The position numbers and the translations under genes are program-made. Below are positions 27,214-36,966 of a stretch of 64,000 bases of DNA, one piece after another. The stretch lies in NCBI GenBank assembly GCA_000995965.1, contig LBYD01000002.1:135889-199888 (forward strand). The letters run 5' to 3'. Positions within the stretch are counted from its first letter, which is position 1. The number at the start of each line of letters is the position of its first letter. The stretch comes from Candidatus Moranbacteria bacterium GW2011_GWC2_40_12 (GTDB lineage Bacteria > Patescibacteriota > Minisyncoccia > Moranbacterales > UBA11712). The notes under the pieces are model-generated. The model searched no databases. It saw only the letters and a program-made list of their open reading frames with translations, and was not told the DNA's origin.

Positions 27214-28608
27214 TTAGCCATTATTATATATTTTCGCTTTAATATTTTGAAGCTCCTGCTCCAAAGTTTCGTCTTGTTCAACTTCCCGGCTGATTTTTTC
27301 GTAGGCATGCATGGCTGTTGAATGGTCTCTTCCTCCCAGTTGGTCGCCTATTCCCGGAAAAGAGGCTCGGAGCTCTTCTCGCATCAGATACATGGCCACC
27401 TGGCGTGGCCTAACAATATCTTTTCTCCTCGACCGATTCACAAGTTCCTGATGGTTAACGTTATAAAAATCAGCTACGGCTTCAAGTACCTGCTTAAACC
27501 CAATCCCCTTTTTTCTGCCAGAGTGAATAATGTCAGAGAGAGTTTTTTTCACATAGCCCAATGTGGGCTCGGCGTTTTTTAGCTCACAGGTGACAATTAT
27601 GCGGCTTAAGGCCCCCTCGAGCTCTCTGATGTTATGCTGGATGTTCGAGGCTATATAGTTGAGGGCTTCATTTTCAATTTCGAAATCTTTTTGGGCGGCT
27701 TTATGCTGTAATATGGCAATTCTGGTCTCAAGATCTGGTCGCGATACGTCGGCGATCATTCCTCCTTCAAAACGGGACCGGAGACGATCTTCCAGAGTCG
27801 CGATGGCTTTCGGCGGACGGTCGCTTGACAATATAATCTGCTTGTTTAGCTGGTAAAGAGTGTTGAAAATATGGAAAAATTCTTCCTGAGTCTTTTCTTT
27901 TCCGGCAATAAACTGAATGTCATCAATAATAAGGAGATCGGTGTTGAGGTATGATTTTTTGAATTCACGGGCCTGCTGGTTTTTCACCATATCAATATAA
28001 CGGTTAGTGAAAAATTCAGCGGTAGAATAGATTATCCTTTTTTTTGGGTCTTGGGTGAGAATTGAATTGGCGACTGACTGAAGAAGATGGGTTTTCCCAA
28101 GTCCGACACCTCCATAAATGAAGAGAGGGTTGTATGTTCGGCCGGAATTTCTCGAGACTGCGAGACAGGCCGCGTGAGCAAGTTCATTGTTCGAACCAAC
28201 AATGAAATTTTCAAAAGTGTAGCGATGGTTGAGGCCGATATGGCCTCCTTCAGCTTGCTGGAAAGATGTTTCTGTGTTTCGCAGGTCAATAAGGCTTTCT
28301 TCGCCCCCGGAAAGAACTGAATCAACTTCTTTTTTCTGAGAGCGAGGCACTCCCTGCATATTTTTTGCTGAAACAACGCAACGGACTTTTCGGATGTTTT
28401 CCCGGAAATTTCTAAGAGCTTTCAGGATAAACTGATTATATTTGTTTTCCAGCCATTCCTTGGCAAAGCCGTTGGGGACGCTTACGATCACGGCGTCATC
28501 TTTAAATTCAATTATGGAAGTATTTCTAAACCAAGTAGTGAAACTAGCTGGAGAAACAGCCAGTTCAACTTCCCCTAGGACAGCCTGCCAAATTTCATTG
28601 TTGGTCAT
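27214..28608 (-). CDS. dnaA: chromosomal replication initiator DnaA
   Basis: 464 aa with Walker [15 protein letters not shown], the AAA+ domain and a C-terminal DNA-binding domain. Confidence 0.95.
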   Translation of the reverse strand: MTNNEIWQAVLGEVELAVSPASFTTWFRNTSIIEFKDDAVIVSVPNGFAKEWLENKYNQFILKALRNFRENIRKVRCVVSAKNMQGVPRSQKKEVDSVLSGGEESLIDLRNTETSFQQAEGGHIGLNHRYTFENFIVGSNNELAHAACLAVSRNSGRTYNPLFIYGGVGLGKTHLLQSVANSILTQDPKKRIIYSTAEFFTNRYIDMVKNQQAREFKKSYLNTDLLIIDDIQFIAGKEKTQEEFFHIFNTLYQLNKQIILSSDRPPKAIATLEDRLRSRFEGGMIADVSRPDLETRIAILQHKAAQKDFEIENEALNYIASNIQHNIRELEGALSRIIVTCELKNAEPTLGYVKKTLSDIIHSGRKKGIGFKQVLEAVADFYNVNHQELVNRSRRKDIVRPRQVAMYLMREELRASFPGIGDQLGGRDHSTAMHAYEKISREVEQDETLEQELQNIKAKIYNNG

Positions 28609-28807
28609 TGTTTAATATATTGAGTTCCCTAATTATAGCACAAAGGAAATCGGGAAGATGTGAGATCTGTTGATAATAATGTTGATAACCTGTTGAAATG
28701 GTAGCGGAGAGGGGTGAAAAAATCAAGATATTTAACGAATGCGTTGACCAAAGTGTTTTTTGCTGGTAAACTTTCAAGAGTTAATAAGAACTTATAAGAC
28801 GAAAAAG
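28609..28807. promoter_or_regulatory. dnaA-rpmH intergenic region with DnaA-box variants and candidate rpmH promoter
   Basis: tgttgataa at 28668-28676 and 28680-28688 (the complement of ttatcaaca, one mismatch from consensus); ttgacc at 28744, 17 nt, then taaact. Confidence 0.45.
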
Positions 28808-28942
28808 ATGAAGAGGACATATCAGCCAAAAAAGAAGAAAAGAGTGAGAAGGCATGGTTTTCGAAAAAGAATGCGGACCAAAGATGGTCGGGCAGTTTTG
28901 GCGCGGAGGCGCAAAAAAGGCCGGAAGAAATTAAGTGTTTAA
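28808..28942 (+). CDS. rpmH: 50S ribosomal protein L34
   Basis: [44 protein letters not shown]. Start set at the internal ATG 28808; the track ORF starts at 28760. Confidence 0.9.
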   Translation: MKRTYQPKKKKRVRRHGFRKRMRTKDGRAVLARRRKKGRKKLSV

Positions 28943-28944
28943 AA

Positions 28945-29292
28945 ATGCTGCCAGCCAAATTCAGATTGAAAAATAAGAAGGATTTCAACAATGTTTTTCA
29001 GCGAGGAAAGACGGTGTCTGACGAAGCTCTTGTGATGAAACACAAAAAAACCGAGGGCAGTATGCTTCAAATTGGTTTTTCTGTCGGTTTAAAGCTTTCT
29101 AAGAAGTCATCAGAAAGAAACCGGGTGAAGAGATGGATGCGGGAGGCAGTCAGACAACTTCTGGGCAAGATAAAAACGGGCCGTCAAATTATTTTTTTGA
29201 TTAATTCTAAGTTTCCATACGAGCAGATAAACTACGAACTTGTTAGGAAAAAAACAGAAGATCTGCTTATGCGGGCTAAGCTAATTAAATGA
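28945..29292 (+). CDS. rnpA: ribonuclease P protein component
   Basis: 115 aa; the RLKNKKDF..VFQRGK pattern and the position after rpmH. Confidence 0.85.
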   Translation: MLPAKFRLKNKKDFNNVFQRGKTVSDEALVMKHKKTEGSMLQIGFSVGLKLSKKSSERNRVKRWMREAVRQLLGKIKTGRQIIFLINSKFPYEQINYELVRKKTEDLLMRAKLIK

Positions 29293-30011
29293 GCCAAGTC
29301 TTTCATTCTTTAGTATTCCAGCCAATCTATAATGCGCTGATATTGCTATATAATATCATCCCGGGCCATGATTTGGGCGTGGCTATCATCTTGCTGACCG
29401 TTGTTGTCCGTCTGTTGCTTTACCCTATCTCGAAAAAGCAGATAGAATCTCAGAAAAAACTTCAAGACCTTCAGCCGGAAATCAAAAAACTGCAAGACAA
29501 ATATAAGGGTGACAAAGAAAAGCAGGGGCGGGCCCTAATGGATTTCTACAAGGAAAAGAAGGTCAATCCCGCTTCCGGCTGTCTCCCGCTGGTTGTCCAG
29601 ATAGTTTTTTTCATTGCTCTCTATCAGGCATTTATCGCGGGAATCAATTTCAATTCGGCCTGCAGCGATCTTTATAAATCGGTCGCCTGTCCGGACAGTA
29701 TTAATGTGAACTTTTTCGGAATATTGGACCTTGCAAAGCCAAATATTGTCCTGGCAATTATCGCCGCGGCCGGACAGTTTATACAGACTAAAATGATGAT
29801 GACCAAAAATCCCGTTCCGGCAAAGAAGGGCGATTTCTCGTCAATTATGACCCAGCAAATGCTTTATCTTGGCCCTCTGCTCACCCTTTTTATCGGGATG
29901 AGATTTCCGGCCGGCTTGGCTCTTTATTGGGTGGTGAATACTCTCTTCGCGATAGTTCAGCAGTATCTGACGATGAAAAAATCGGAATTGGCAACCAGCG
30001 ATAATAAGTAG
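29289..30011 (+). CDS. yidC: membrane protein insertase YidC (short form)
   Basis: 240 aa, multi-TM, with LYPISKKQ..SQKKLQ.LQPEIKKLQ.KYK.D and GCLP..VQ motifs, in the conserved rnpA-yidC-jag order. Confidence 0.85.
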   Translation: MSQVFHSLVFQPIYNALILLYNIIPGHDLGVAIILLTVVVRLLLYPISKKQIESQKKLQDLQPEIKKLQDKYKGDKEKQGRALMDFYKEKKVNPASGCLPLVVQIVFFIALYQAFIAGINFNSACSDLYKSVACPDSINVNFFGILDLAKPNIVLAIIAAAGQFIQTKMMMTKNPVPAKKGDFSSIMTQQMLYLGPLLTLFIGMRFPAGLALYWVVNTLFAIVQQYLTMKKSELATSDNK

Positions 30012-30025
30012 CTTTTGATAAAATT

Positions 30026-30514
30026 ATGGCGAAACCGGAAAACATAGAAATGCTCAAGAAGCTTGTCGAAGAAACGCTTGGGAAAATGACTTTTTCCGAT
30101 TTTTCGCTGGATGTTCGGGATGAAGCAGGATCGGATGGAGAAAATATAGTTTTCAACATAAGCTCTCGGGAGTCAGATCTTCTCATTGGCCAATACGGAG
30201 TGAATCTTCGGGCTCTCCAGCACATTATCCGGGCAATAGCCCGGAAAAAAACCGATGAGAAGCTGAAATTTTCGGTGGATGTCAATGATTATAACAGAAG
30301 CAAAATCGGAACTCTCGAGGATTTGGCAAAAAATATGGCCCGGCAAGCCACAAATGATAAGCGCCCGGTGGTTTTGAGGCCAATGACCGCCTATGAGCGG
30401 AGAATTATCCATTTAGCTCTTGCGGAGAATGACCAAGTGCAGACAGAAAGTATCGGAGAAGGAGAAGAAAGGAAGGTCGTTATCAAACCGGTGGGAAATA
30501 TCGAGAGCGAATAA
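30026..30514 (+). CDS. jag: Jag/KhpB-like KH + R3H domain RNA-binding protein
   Basis: 162 aa with MTAYERRIIHLAL (R3H) and LIGQYG.NLRALQHI (KH). Confidence 0.8.
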   Translation: MAKPENIEMLKKLVEETLGKMTFSDFSLDVRDEAGSDGENIVFNISSRESDLLIGQYGVNLRALQHIIRAIARKKTDEKLKFSVDVNDYNRSKIGTLEDLAKNMARQATNDKRPVVLRPMTAYERRIIHLALAENDQVQTESIGEGEERKVVIKPVGNIESE

Positions 30515-30627
30515 TGCAAAATTAAAAAATCAAAATGAAAAATGACATTGTAAAATGCTAAAATTTAGAACATTTTTACAGTTTAAATTGCAATTTTGAT
30601 TTTTGACTTTTGTATTTTACATTATTT
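30515..30627. repeat. AT-rich palindromic 'caaaatg' intergenic element
   Basis: aatcaaaatgaaaaatgacattgtaaaatg ... ttgcaattttgatttttgacttttgtattttacatt form inverted arms; related elements are at 49017-49143, 49845-49900 and 50255-50290. Confidence 0.55.
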
Positions 30628-32076
30628 ATGTCTCTTCCTCGGCGCATTGCTTATAATGCTATTTTCACATCAGCTGCCAAAATTCTTGGCACAATTTTAT
30701 CGCTGGTCAGCATAGGATTCATCACCCGCTATTTGGGCAGGGAGGGGTTTGGAGATTATTCTACGGTTCTCGCTTTCTTCGCTTTTTTCTCAGCCATTGC
30801 CGATCTTGGACTTTATGTCATTTCAACAAGGGAAATATCCAGGCCGGAAAGCGATGAGAAGAAGATTCTCGGAAATGTTTTTGCCATCCGGATCGCCGTT
30901 TCTTTTTTCATCCTTCTCGTCTCTCCCCTTCTCATTCTTTTTTTCCCCTACTCCGGGGATGTGAAGGTAGGGGTGGTAATCGCTGCCTCGGCCTATTTTT
31001 TCGCTTCGGGATACTCAGTCCTTATTGGTCTTTTCCAGAAGAGGCTGGCCATGGACAAGGTGGCTATCGGGGAATTTGTTGGAAAAATGGTTCAGCTTGC
31101 CATAGTCGTGATAGCAGTCAAAAGCAATTTTGGATTTTTGGCGATCACGAGTTCTCTTCTTTTTAATATGCTGGCGAGTTTTTTCGTCGTATATCTTTTT
31201 TCGAAAAAATATATCACCTTTTCCCTCCGTTTCGACTGGCAGGCTTGGAAAAAATTCTTGAAGGAATCATATCCTGTCGGGGTCTCAGCGATTATCGTGT
31301 TTGCCTATTTTAAGCTGGATACGATCATCCTCTCAATTCTCAAAACAAACGCGGATGTGGGGATTTATAATGCGGCCTATAAAGTGGTCGAAAACGTGGC
31401 TTTTTTCCCAGCAATGTTTGTGGGTCTTGTCATGCCGATAATGTCCCGCTACATTTTTCACGAACGGGAGAAATTTGAAAAAGTAGCTGACAAAACCTTC
31501 AAAGTTTTTTTAGTTCTGGTTGTGCCTCTTCTGGTCGGCATGATTTTTTTTGCCAAAAATATCATCGGACTAATCGGCGGAGCGGGCTATGAAGATTCAG
31601 TGCTGGTTCTCAAAATATTGGCCTTTGCTATGGCGTTTATATTTTTTGGAAGCTTCTTTACGAATGTGATAATCGCCGGAAATCAGCAACGAAAATTGAT
31701 TGCCATTTTGCTTTTCTGCGCGGTTTTCAATATTACGCTTAACTTGTATATGATACCCCGGTTTTCCTATAAAGGCGCGGCGGTCACATCGAGTCTTACG
31801 GAGTTTTTGGTCGCTGTTCTTTCGGGAGCGGCCTGCTGGAGATTGCTAAAGTACACGCCTTCTTTTGAAAAATCTTTTGCCATTATTTTTTCGGGCATTG
31901 CGATGGGAGGATTTTTATATATTTTTTCGAATCTCCATTTTTTAGTGCGGGCGGTGGCGGGAGCAGCTCTCTATTTTGTGCTGCTTTGGGTTTTCCGGGC
32001 GGTCAGCACCAATGAAGTTCTAAGTCTCATTAGCCGGAAAGGGCCGGAGATGAGGGAATACGAACCGTTGGCTTAG
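30628..32076 (+). CDS. polysaccharide biosynthesis protein / Wzx-like flippase (MOP superfamily)
   Basis: 12 or more TM segments. Start set at ATG 30628; the track begins at TTG 30610. Confidence 0.6.
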   Translation: MSLPRRIAYNAIFTSAAKILGTILSLVSIGFITRYLGREGFGDYSTVLAFFAFFSAIADLGLYVISTREISRPESDEKKILGNVFAIRIAVSFFILLVSPLLILFFPYSGDVKVGVVIAASAYFFASGYSVLIGLFQKRLAMDKVAIGEFVGKMVQLAIVVIAVKSNFGFLAITSSLLFNMLASFFVVYLFSKKYITFSLRFDWQAWKKFLKESYPVGVSAIIVFAYFKLDTIILSILKTNADVGIYNAAYKVVENVAFFPAMFVGLVMPIMSRYIFHEREKFEKVADKTFKVFLVLVVPLLVGMIFFAKNIIGLIGGAGYEDSVLVLKILAFAMAFIFFGSFFTNVIIAGNQQRKLIAILLFCAVFNITLNLYMIPRFSYKGAAVTSSLTEFLVAVLSGAACWRLLKYTPSFEKSFAIIFSGIAMGGFLYIFSNLHFLVRAVAGAALYFVLLWVFRAVSTNEVLSLISRKGPEMREYEPLA

Positions 32077-32091
32077 CTAATATTCAATAAA

Positions 32092-32880
32092 ATGCTCCTT
32101 ACGATTCAAATTGTAAACTACAACAGCCGCGACAATCTTCATGCCTGCCTTCGTTCGATACGAGAAAATATTCCCGAACAAATAAACCTTCAGATCATAG
32201 TCATCAACAATGACAAAGAGAAGCTGGAAGTATATTCAGAAGAATCCAGAGTCGAATTAATCGAGAAAAATGAGAATATAGGATTCGGGAAAGCTCATAA
32301 TATCGGATCTCAGGCGGCAAAAGGAAAGTATGTCTTGTTTCTCAACCCGGACACGAAACTTTTTCCATCAGCGGTAGAAAAACTTCTAAGCGTTTTTTCA
32401 AAAGATGAAAAAATCGGCATAGTTGGCCCGGTTCATATGGGAGAAAATGATATTTCGGAAGAAGAATATTTTGGTTGGCAAAGGACGCCGCTTTCGGTAA
32501 TCAGAGCAAAAATATGGAGGAAAAGACAGCCAATTCCAAACGATGTTTTTGAAACGGATTGGGTAAGCGGCGGGGCACTGATGGCAAAAAAAGATTTATT
32601 TTTGGATCTTGGCGGATTTGACGGGAATTATTTCATGTATTTTGAGGATGTGGACCTCTGTCTTCAGGCCAAGAAGAAAGGATGGAAAATAGTCGTCCAC
32701 CCGGAAGCTAAAATATTTCACAAAAGCGGACAAAGTTTTTCCTGCAATCGAAAGAAAAAAAAATACTACTACGATTCGCAGGCTTACTATATAAAAAAGA
32801 ATTTCGGGCCTTTTTGGTCCTGGTTTGTGAAAATATTACGTTTTCCCCTGTATGTTCGGAATGTATATTGCAAGAGGTAA
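32092..32880 (+). CDS. family 2 glycosyltransferase
   Basis: LTIQIVNYNS.., LFLNPDT.. and YFEDVDLC are a GT2 DxD-type signature. Confidence 0.75.
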   Translation: MLLTIQIVNYNSRDNLHACLRSIRENIPEQINLQIIVINNDKEKLEVYSEESRVELIEKNENIGFGKAHNIGSQAAKGKYVLFLNPDTKLFPSAVEKLLSVFSKDEKIGIVGPVHMGENDISEEEYFGWQRTPLSVIRAKIWRKRQPIPNDVFETDWVSGGALMAKKDLFLDLGGFDGNYFMYFEDVDLCLQAKKKGWKIVVHPEAKIFHKSGQSFSCNRKKKKYYYDSQAYYIKKNFGPFWSWFVKILRFPLYVRNVYCKR

Positions 32881-34190
32881 TGAAAAAATATATTTTTTTA
32901 GGCATCGTTGCTCTTCTCCCCCTCCAGTTCGCGCTTAACGCGGGCAGCAGTGTTGACTTGGTTACGACTCGTTTGCTGGTCCCGGCAATTTTATTGCTAT
33001 GGCTTTTGGACGGATTTTCCAGAAAAAATATTTGGGTGGCAAACAAGGCGGAAACTTGGCTGATTATATTGTTTTTATTTTTGCCCGCGTTTTCTCTGTG
33101 GATCGGATTGGATCCGGGGAAGGGCGTGAGGAAAATCCTGTATCTTTTCTCAATTTTTCCGATATACTTTGTGGCGGCGGATTTTGCCCGGGATGAAAAA
33201 TTTCGTGCCGGGATAGTCAAAGCAATTTGGGCGAGCGGAGCGTTGGCGGCCGCGGTTGGAATCGGGCAATTTCTGCTCCCCTTTTTGGTCGGCCTCGATC
33301 CGACGCTTGCCGCTTGGCGAAAAATAACCCCGTTTTTTTTGGGGAGTTCTTTTGGCAAGTTAGTCACGGACAATCCAAGCTGGCTGGTGAATATTTCCGG
33401 TGAAACCTGGATGCGGGCTTTTGGCTTTTTCCCCGATCCGCATACGTTTTCTTTCTTTGTGAGCTTGTGTTTTTTCGCCGGTCTGGGATACTTTGCTTGG
33501 GAAAGGAATAGGAAATGGAAAATAGTGGCGGGCGTTTCTGTCGCTCTCATGTTTTTTGCGATAGTGCTTTCATTTTCAAGGGGGGCGTATCTTGGCGTGA
33601 TAATCGGAGGGCTGTTTTTCCTTGCCGTGTTGCTGCACGGATCAAGGAGTGCGGGAAGGGTCGTGGTGATAGGAGCTGTTTCTTTTTTTCTGGCGGCCAT
33701 TTTTTTTCAGGGGACATTTCAAAACCGGCTCGTGTCCGCGTTTGATCTCAAGGAAGGATCAAACGCTGAGCGAATGAAAAATTGGCAGCAGGCAATAAGT
33801 GTGGTCAGGGAATATCCTCTTTTTGGGATCGGATTGGGGAATTATTCATCATATGTAGATCCGGCTTCGGGGGAACGTTCTTCAATTTACGCCCACAATA
33901 CTTTGCTGGATATTTCTTCGGAAACGGGAATCATAAACGGGTTTGTATTCTTAGCTTTGATATTGGCTAGTTTTTGGCGGAACGCCGACTCAAAAAATAT
34001 GCTGAATCTCGGGTTAGCTTCAGGGTTGGTATATTTTCTCGTTCATGGCATTTTTGACACGGCGATTTGGTCGCCGCAAGTGATGGTGATCTTGCTGGTT
34101 ATATTGGCGGTGGGATTACACAAAAATAATGAAAAGTTCAAATATCCCGCCGACGCTAAATCTTTGGCGGGCAAGCAAAATTCAAAATGA
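32880..34190 (+). CDS. O-antigen ligase/polymerase-like membrane protein (Wzy_C family)
   Basis: Multi-TM with YAHNTLLDISSETGIINGF, the H-N..L...E.G. signature. Start set at ATG 32880, which overlaps the upstream stop. Confidence 0.6.
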   Translation: MKKYIFLGIVALLPLQFALNAGSSVDLVTTRLLVPAILLLWLLDGFSRKNIWVANKAETWLIILFLFLPAFSLWIGLDPGKGVRKILYLFSIFPIYFVAADFARDEKFRAGIVKAIWASGALAAAVGIGQFLLPFLVGLDPTLAAWRKITPFFLGSSFGKLVTDNPSWLVNISGETWMRAFGFFPDPHTFSFFVSLCFFAGLGYFAWERNRKWKIVAGVSVALMFFAIVLSFSRGAYLGVIIGGLFFLAVLLHGSRSAGRVVVIGAVSFFLAAIFFQGTFQNRLVSAFDLKEGSNAERMKNWQQAISVVREYPLFGIGLGNYSSYVDPASGERSSIYAHNTLLDISSETGIINGFVFLALILASFWRNADSKNMLNLGLASGLVYFLVHGIFDTAIWSPQVMVILLVILAVGLHKNNEKFKYPADAKSLAGKQNSK

Positions 34191-35461
34191 CAATTCAAAA
34201 TTTCAAATTGATAAAAGCAAATATTCAGGAGGTTTTAATTTTGGCTGTTTTGTTTCTTCTGCCTTTTTATTTCATAAAGCTTAAATATGGCTGGGTTTCT
34301 TTGAATTTGATTGAAATTTTGATAATAGCGCTTTTTTTTGTTTGGTTTTTTAATAAAGATAAAAAATTCTCAATTCTCAATTCTCAATTCTCAATTCCTG
34401 CTGGATTAATCCTACTTGGTGTCGCATCCTCAATTCTGGTAAACAAAAACTACTATATTGGGCTTGGCATCCTCAAGGGCTGGTTTATCCTTCCGATAAT
34501 TTTTGCGGTGATTTTATATAATAATCTCAAAAAAGATGAAAAGCTGCTGGAAAAAATATTCATTGCTCTTTTCGCTTCCGGCGTATTTGTTGCGGCAGAG
34601 GGAATATATTTTTGGTTTTCAGGACTTCTGACATACGACGGGCGCCTGCGAATATTTTTTGATTCGCCTAATCAGCTGGCGATGTTTCTTGCGCCGGCGT
34701 TTCTGATCGGAATATTACAGCTTGGCAAAAGCTTGGCTTTGATGAATTGTTCCGGCTTAGACGGGACAAGAGAAAAGCCGATCTTTGGAAAAAAGGCCGA
34801 GCTTTGGAAAAAAGTTCTTGCAATCGCTGGGATGTTATTTATTTCATTCAGCTTATATCTCACAAAATCATATGGAGCATGGCTCGCGACTGGCTTGACG
34901 CTTGTTGCCGTATTTTGGCTTAAATATAGGGAAAAATGGTCAAAAAAATATCTTTCTATAATTATTATATTATGCATAATTCTTATATCTCTGGCTGGCT
35001 TTGGGAAATTTGAAAACATAAAAAAACTTGGCGATCGCTCCTCGCTGGCGTCGCGAGAGATGATCTGGAAATCAGCCGGGCTGATGATCGAGAGGAATCC
35101 TGTTTTTGGAATCGGGCCGGGAAATTTTCAAAAGACCTATCTCGAATACCAAAAATATTTTCCACCTTATCTCGAGTGGGCGGTGCCCCAGCCGCACAAT
35201 TTATATCTCGCTTTTTGGCTTGAGTCAGGGCTGTCAGGCCTCATCGGATTTATTTGGCTATTGGTTTTATTTTTCCGCGACAACAAAAAAGCCCGTGAAT
35301 ATAATCTTGAAACGGGCTTGCTGTGCCTCGCGATAATTCTCTATTTTCTTATTCACGGACTTGTTGACACGACATATTGGAGAAACGATATGGCGGTGAT
35401 TTTTTGGGCGGTGATTGTGGCGAATTTATATATTTCGAAACAATCCGATAAAGTTGATTAG
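34187..35461 (+). CDS. O-antigen ligase/polymerase-like membrane protein, second copy
   Basis: PQPHNLYLAFWLESGLSGLIGF signature. Contains a 7-bp repeat (ttctcaa, four copies) at 34367-34398. Confidence 0.6.
   Translation: MTIQNFKLIKANIQEVLILAVLFLLPFYFIKLKYGWVSLNLIEILIIALFFVWFFNKDKKFSILNSQFSIPAGLILLGVASSILVNKNYYIGLGILKGWFILPIIFAVILYNNLKKDEKLLEKIFIALFASGVFVAAEGIYFWFSGLLTYDGRLRIFFDSPNQLAMFLAPAFLIGILQLGKSLALMNCSGLDGTREKPIFGKKAELWKKVLAIAGMLFISFSLYLTKSYGAWLATGLTLVAVFWLKYREKWSKKYLSIIIILCIILISLAGFGKFENIKKLGDRSSLASREMIWKSAGLMIERNPVFGIGPGNFQKTYLEYQKYFPPYLEWAVPQPHNLYLAFWLESGLSGLIGFIWLLVLFFRDNKKAREYNLETGLLCLAIILYFLIHGLVDTTYWRNDMAVIFWAVIVANLYISKQSDKVD
34367..34398 (+). repeat. heptanucleotide tandem repeat (ttctcaa x4.3) inside coding sequence
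   Basis: ttctcaattctcaattctcaattctcaattcc; the unit length is not a multiple of 3. Confidence 0.8.
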
Positions 35462-35582
35462 CCAATTATTTTCTATAAATTAAATATCCGATTTCGCCGG
35501 ATGTTTCCAGCGCGGCTGATGGGGCAACATACTAAAGCATAAGCACACTATACTTTTGTGATACTATTCGTTAAGTATATTT

Positions 35583-36833
35583 TTATTTTTCCAACATCCA
35601 CTTCCAAATCGGCATAACCGTTATAGTTTTGCCATTTTCTTTCATAGCAGACTCTTCTTCGTGTGTCAGGATGAGTCCCTTCTCCAGCTTGTAGGTTTCC
35701 ATCGCTTCTCTCAATCCTGCCAGCTCTCTTTTCTTTGTTTCCGCGGGAGCGATTGTTTGAGCCACTTGTATCGCTTCTTCAATCTTTCCATATTCGCGCA
35801 CGACAAAGTCGCACTCCCTTTTGCCGCGGTGATAATAAACTTCCTTTTTTCTCCTCTTTAGTTCCAAAAAAACCGCGTTTTCCAAAATCTTCCCGGCGTT
35901 GCCGGAGAATTTGAAAGATACGGCATTAACAACGCCCGTGTCAATCGCGTAGACTTTTCTGTCGTTGACTATTTGCTTTTTCACGGAATAATCGAACTTG
36001 GGAATCGCGAAAAAAAGATAAGCCTCTTCCATAAAATCAATATAATTTTTCACCGTGGTAACGCTTTTAACTCCCAGAACATCGCGAACTTTGTGAAAAC
36101 TGATCGGGGAGGAAATATTGGAAAGAAGAAAAAGCGCCGTCTCTCTGAAAGATTTTGTCTCTCTGATCCCGAATCTGACAAGCAGGTCTTTTATGAGAAT
36201 ATCCTGATACAGCTGTTTGAGCTCCTCGATGTTTTCGCTGATAACAATTTCGGGAAAACCGCCGAGCCGAAGATATTCGTTGAATTGCTTCAGTATTGTT
36301 ATTTTTTCCTTCGTATCCAATGTGTTTTTCGCCGCTAAATTGTGGTATGTCAGAAATTCCGCGAAGCTAAAAGGAAAAAGTTCGAGTTTCAAGTGCCTTC
36401 CCGACAATGTGGTCGCGAGCTCGGAACTTAATATCTTAGCATTGCTGCCGGTGATAAAAAGCTTCTTTCCGTCTTCAAAAAGTCTCCGGGCAAACTTTTC
36501 CCAGCCAAAAATATTCTGGATCTCGTCGAAAAGAAAGGCCCTTTGTTCTCCGTGGAGTTCGAGAAAAACTTCGTAGAGCTTGTTGAAATCGCGAAAAGTG
36601 AAATCCAAGAACCGTTCGTCTTCAAAATTAAGATAATGATAGGATTCGAAAGTTTGCGCGATCTCCTTGAGAAGCGTTGATTTCCCGCTGCGTCTTATGC
36701 CGCTGATGACGGAAATTTTCCTGGTTTTCAAAAAATTAGAGGGGATATCCCGCTTAATTATGCTCATCTTTTTCTCAAAAATTTTCCTCTGCTCGATCAC
36801 AGCCAGCTTTATGATGTTTTTGTCCATTAGCAA
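35583..36833 (-). CDS. AAA+ ATPase (AAA_14 + DUF4143 family)
   Basis: ISGIRRSGKSTLL Walker A, LFDEIQ Walker B, and a typical COG1373 layout. Confidence 0.8.
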   Translation of the reverse strand: MLMDKNIIKLAVIEQRKIFEKKMSIIKRDIPSNFLKTRKISVISGIRRSGKSTLLKEIAQTFESYHYLNFEDERFLDFTFRDFNKLYEVFLELHGEQRAFLFDEIQNIFGWEKFARRLFEDGKKLFITGSNAKILSSELATTLSGRHLKLELFPFSFAEFLTYHNLAAKNTLDTKEKITILKQFNEYLRLGGFPEIVISENIEELKQLYQDILIKDLLVRFGIRETKSFRETALFLLSNISSPISFHKVRDVLGVKSVTTVKNYIDFMEEAYLFFAIPKFDYSVKKQIVNDRKVYAIDTGVVNAVSFKFSGNAGKILENAVFLELKRRKKEVYYHRGKRECDFVVREYGKIEEAIQVAQTIAPAETKKRELAGLREAMETYKLEKGLILTHEEESAMKENGKTITVMPIWKWMLEK

Positions 36834-36966
36834 TGTATGCTATTTAGGATTATTGAACATTTCAAATGTATAATATCTGAATTTATTTGTCAAATATTGT
36901 TGTTCGGAGTTGTCTCTTTGGCAAGCCAACTATCACATAATAGTTGTGTAGCGAATAACACAGCTA

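Noticed and set aside
32755-32763. A9 homopolymer near the 3' end of the GT2 gene (also A8-A9 tracts at ~13023, ~16476, ~16787)
   Set aside because: Homopolymer A/T runs of this length are frequent in this AT-rich sequence, so they are not individually convincing phase-variation switches.
32708-33700. 330-aa minus-strand ORF
   Set aside because: It is antisense to the O-antigen-ligase-like gene and its composition is driven by the sense frame.
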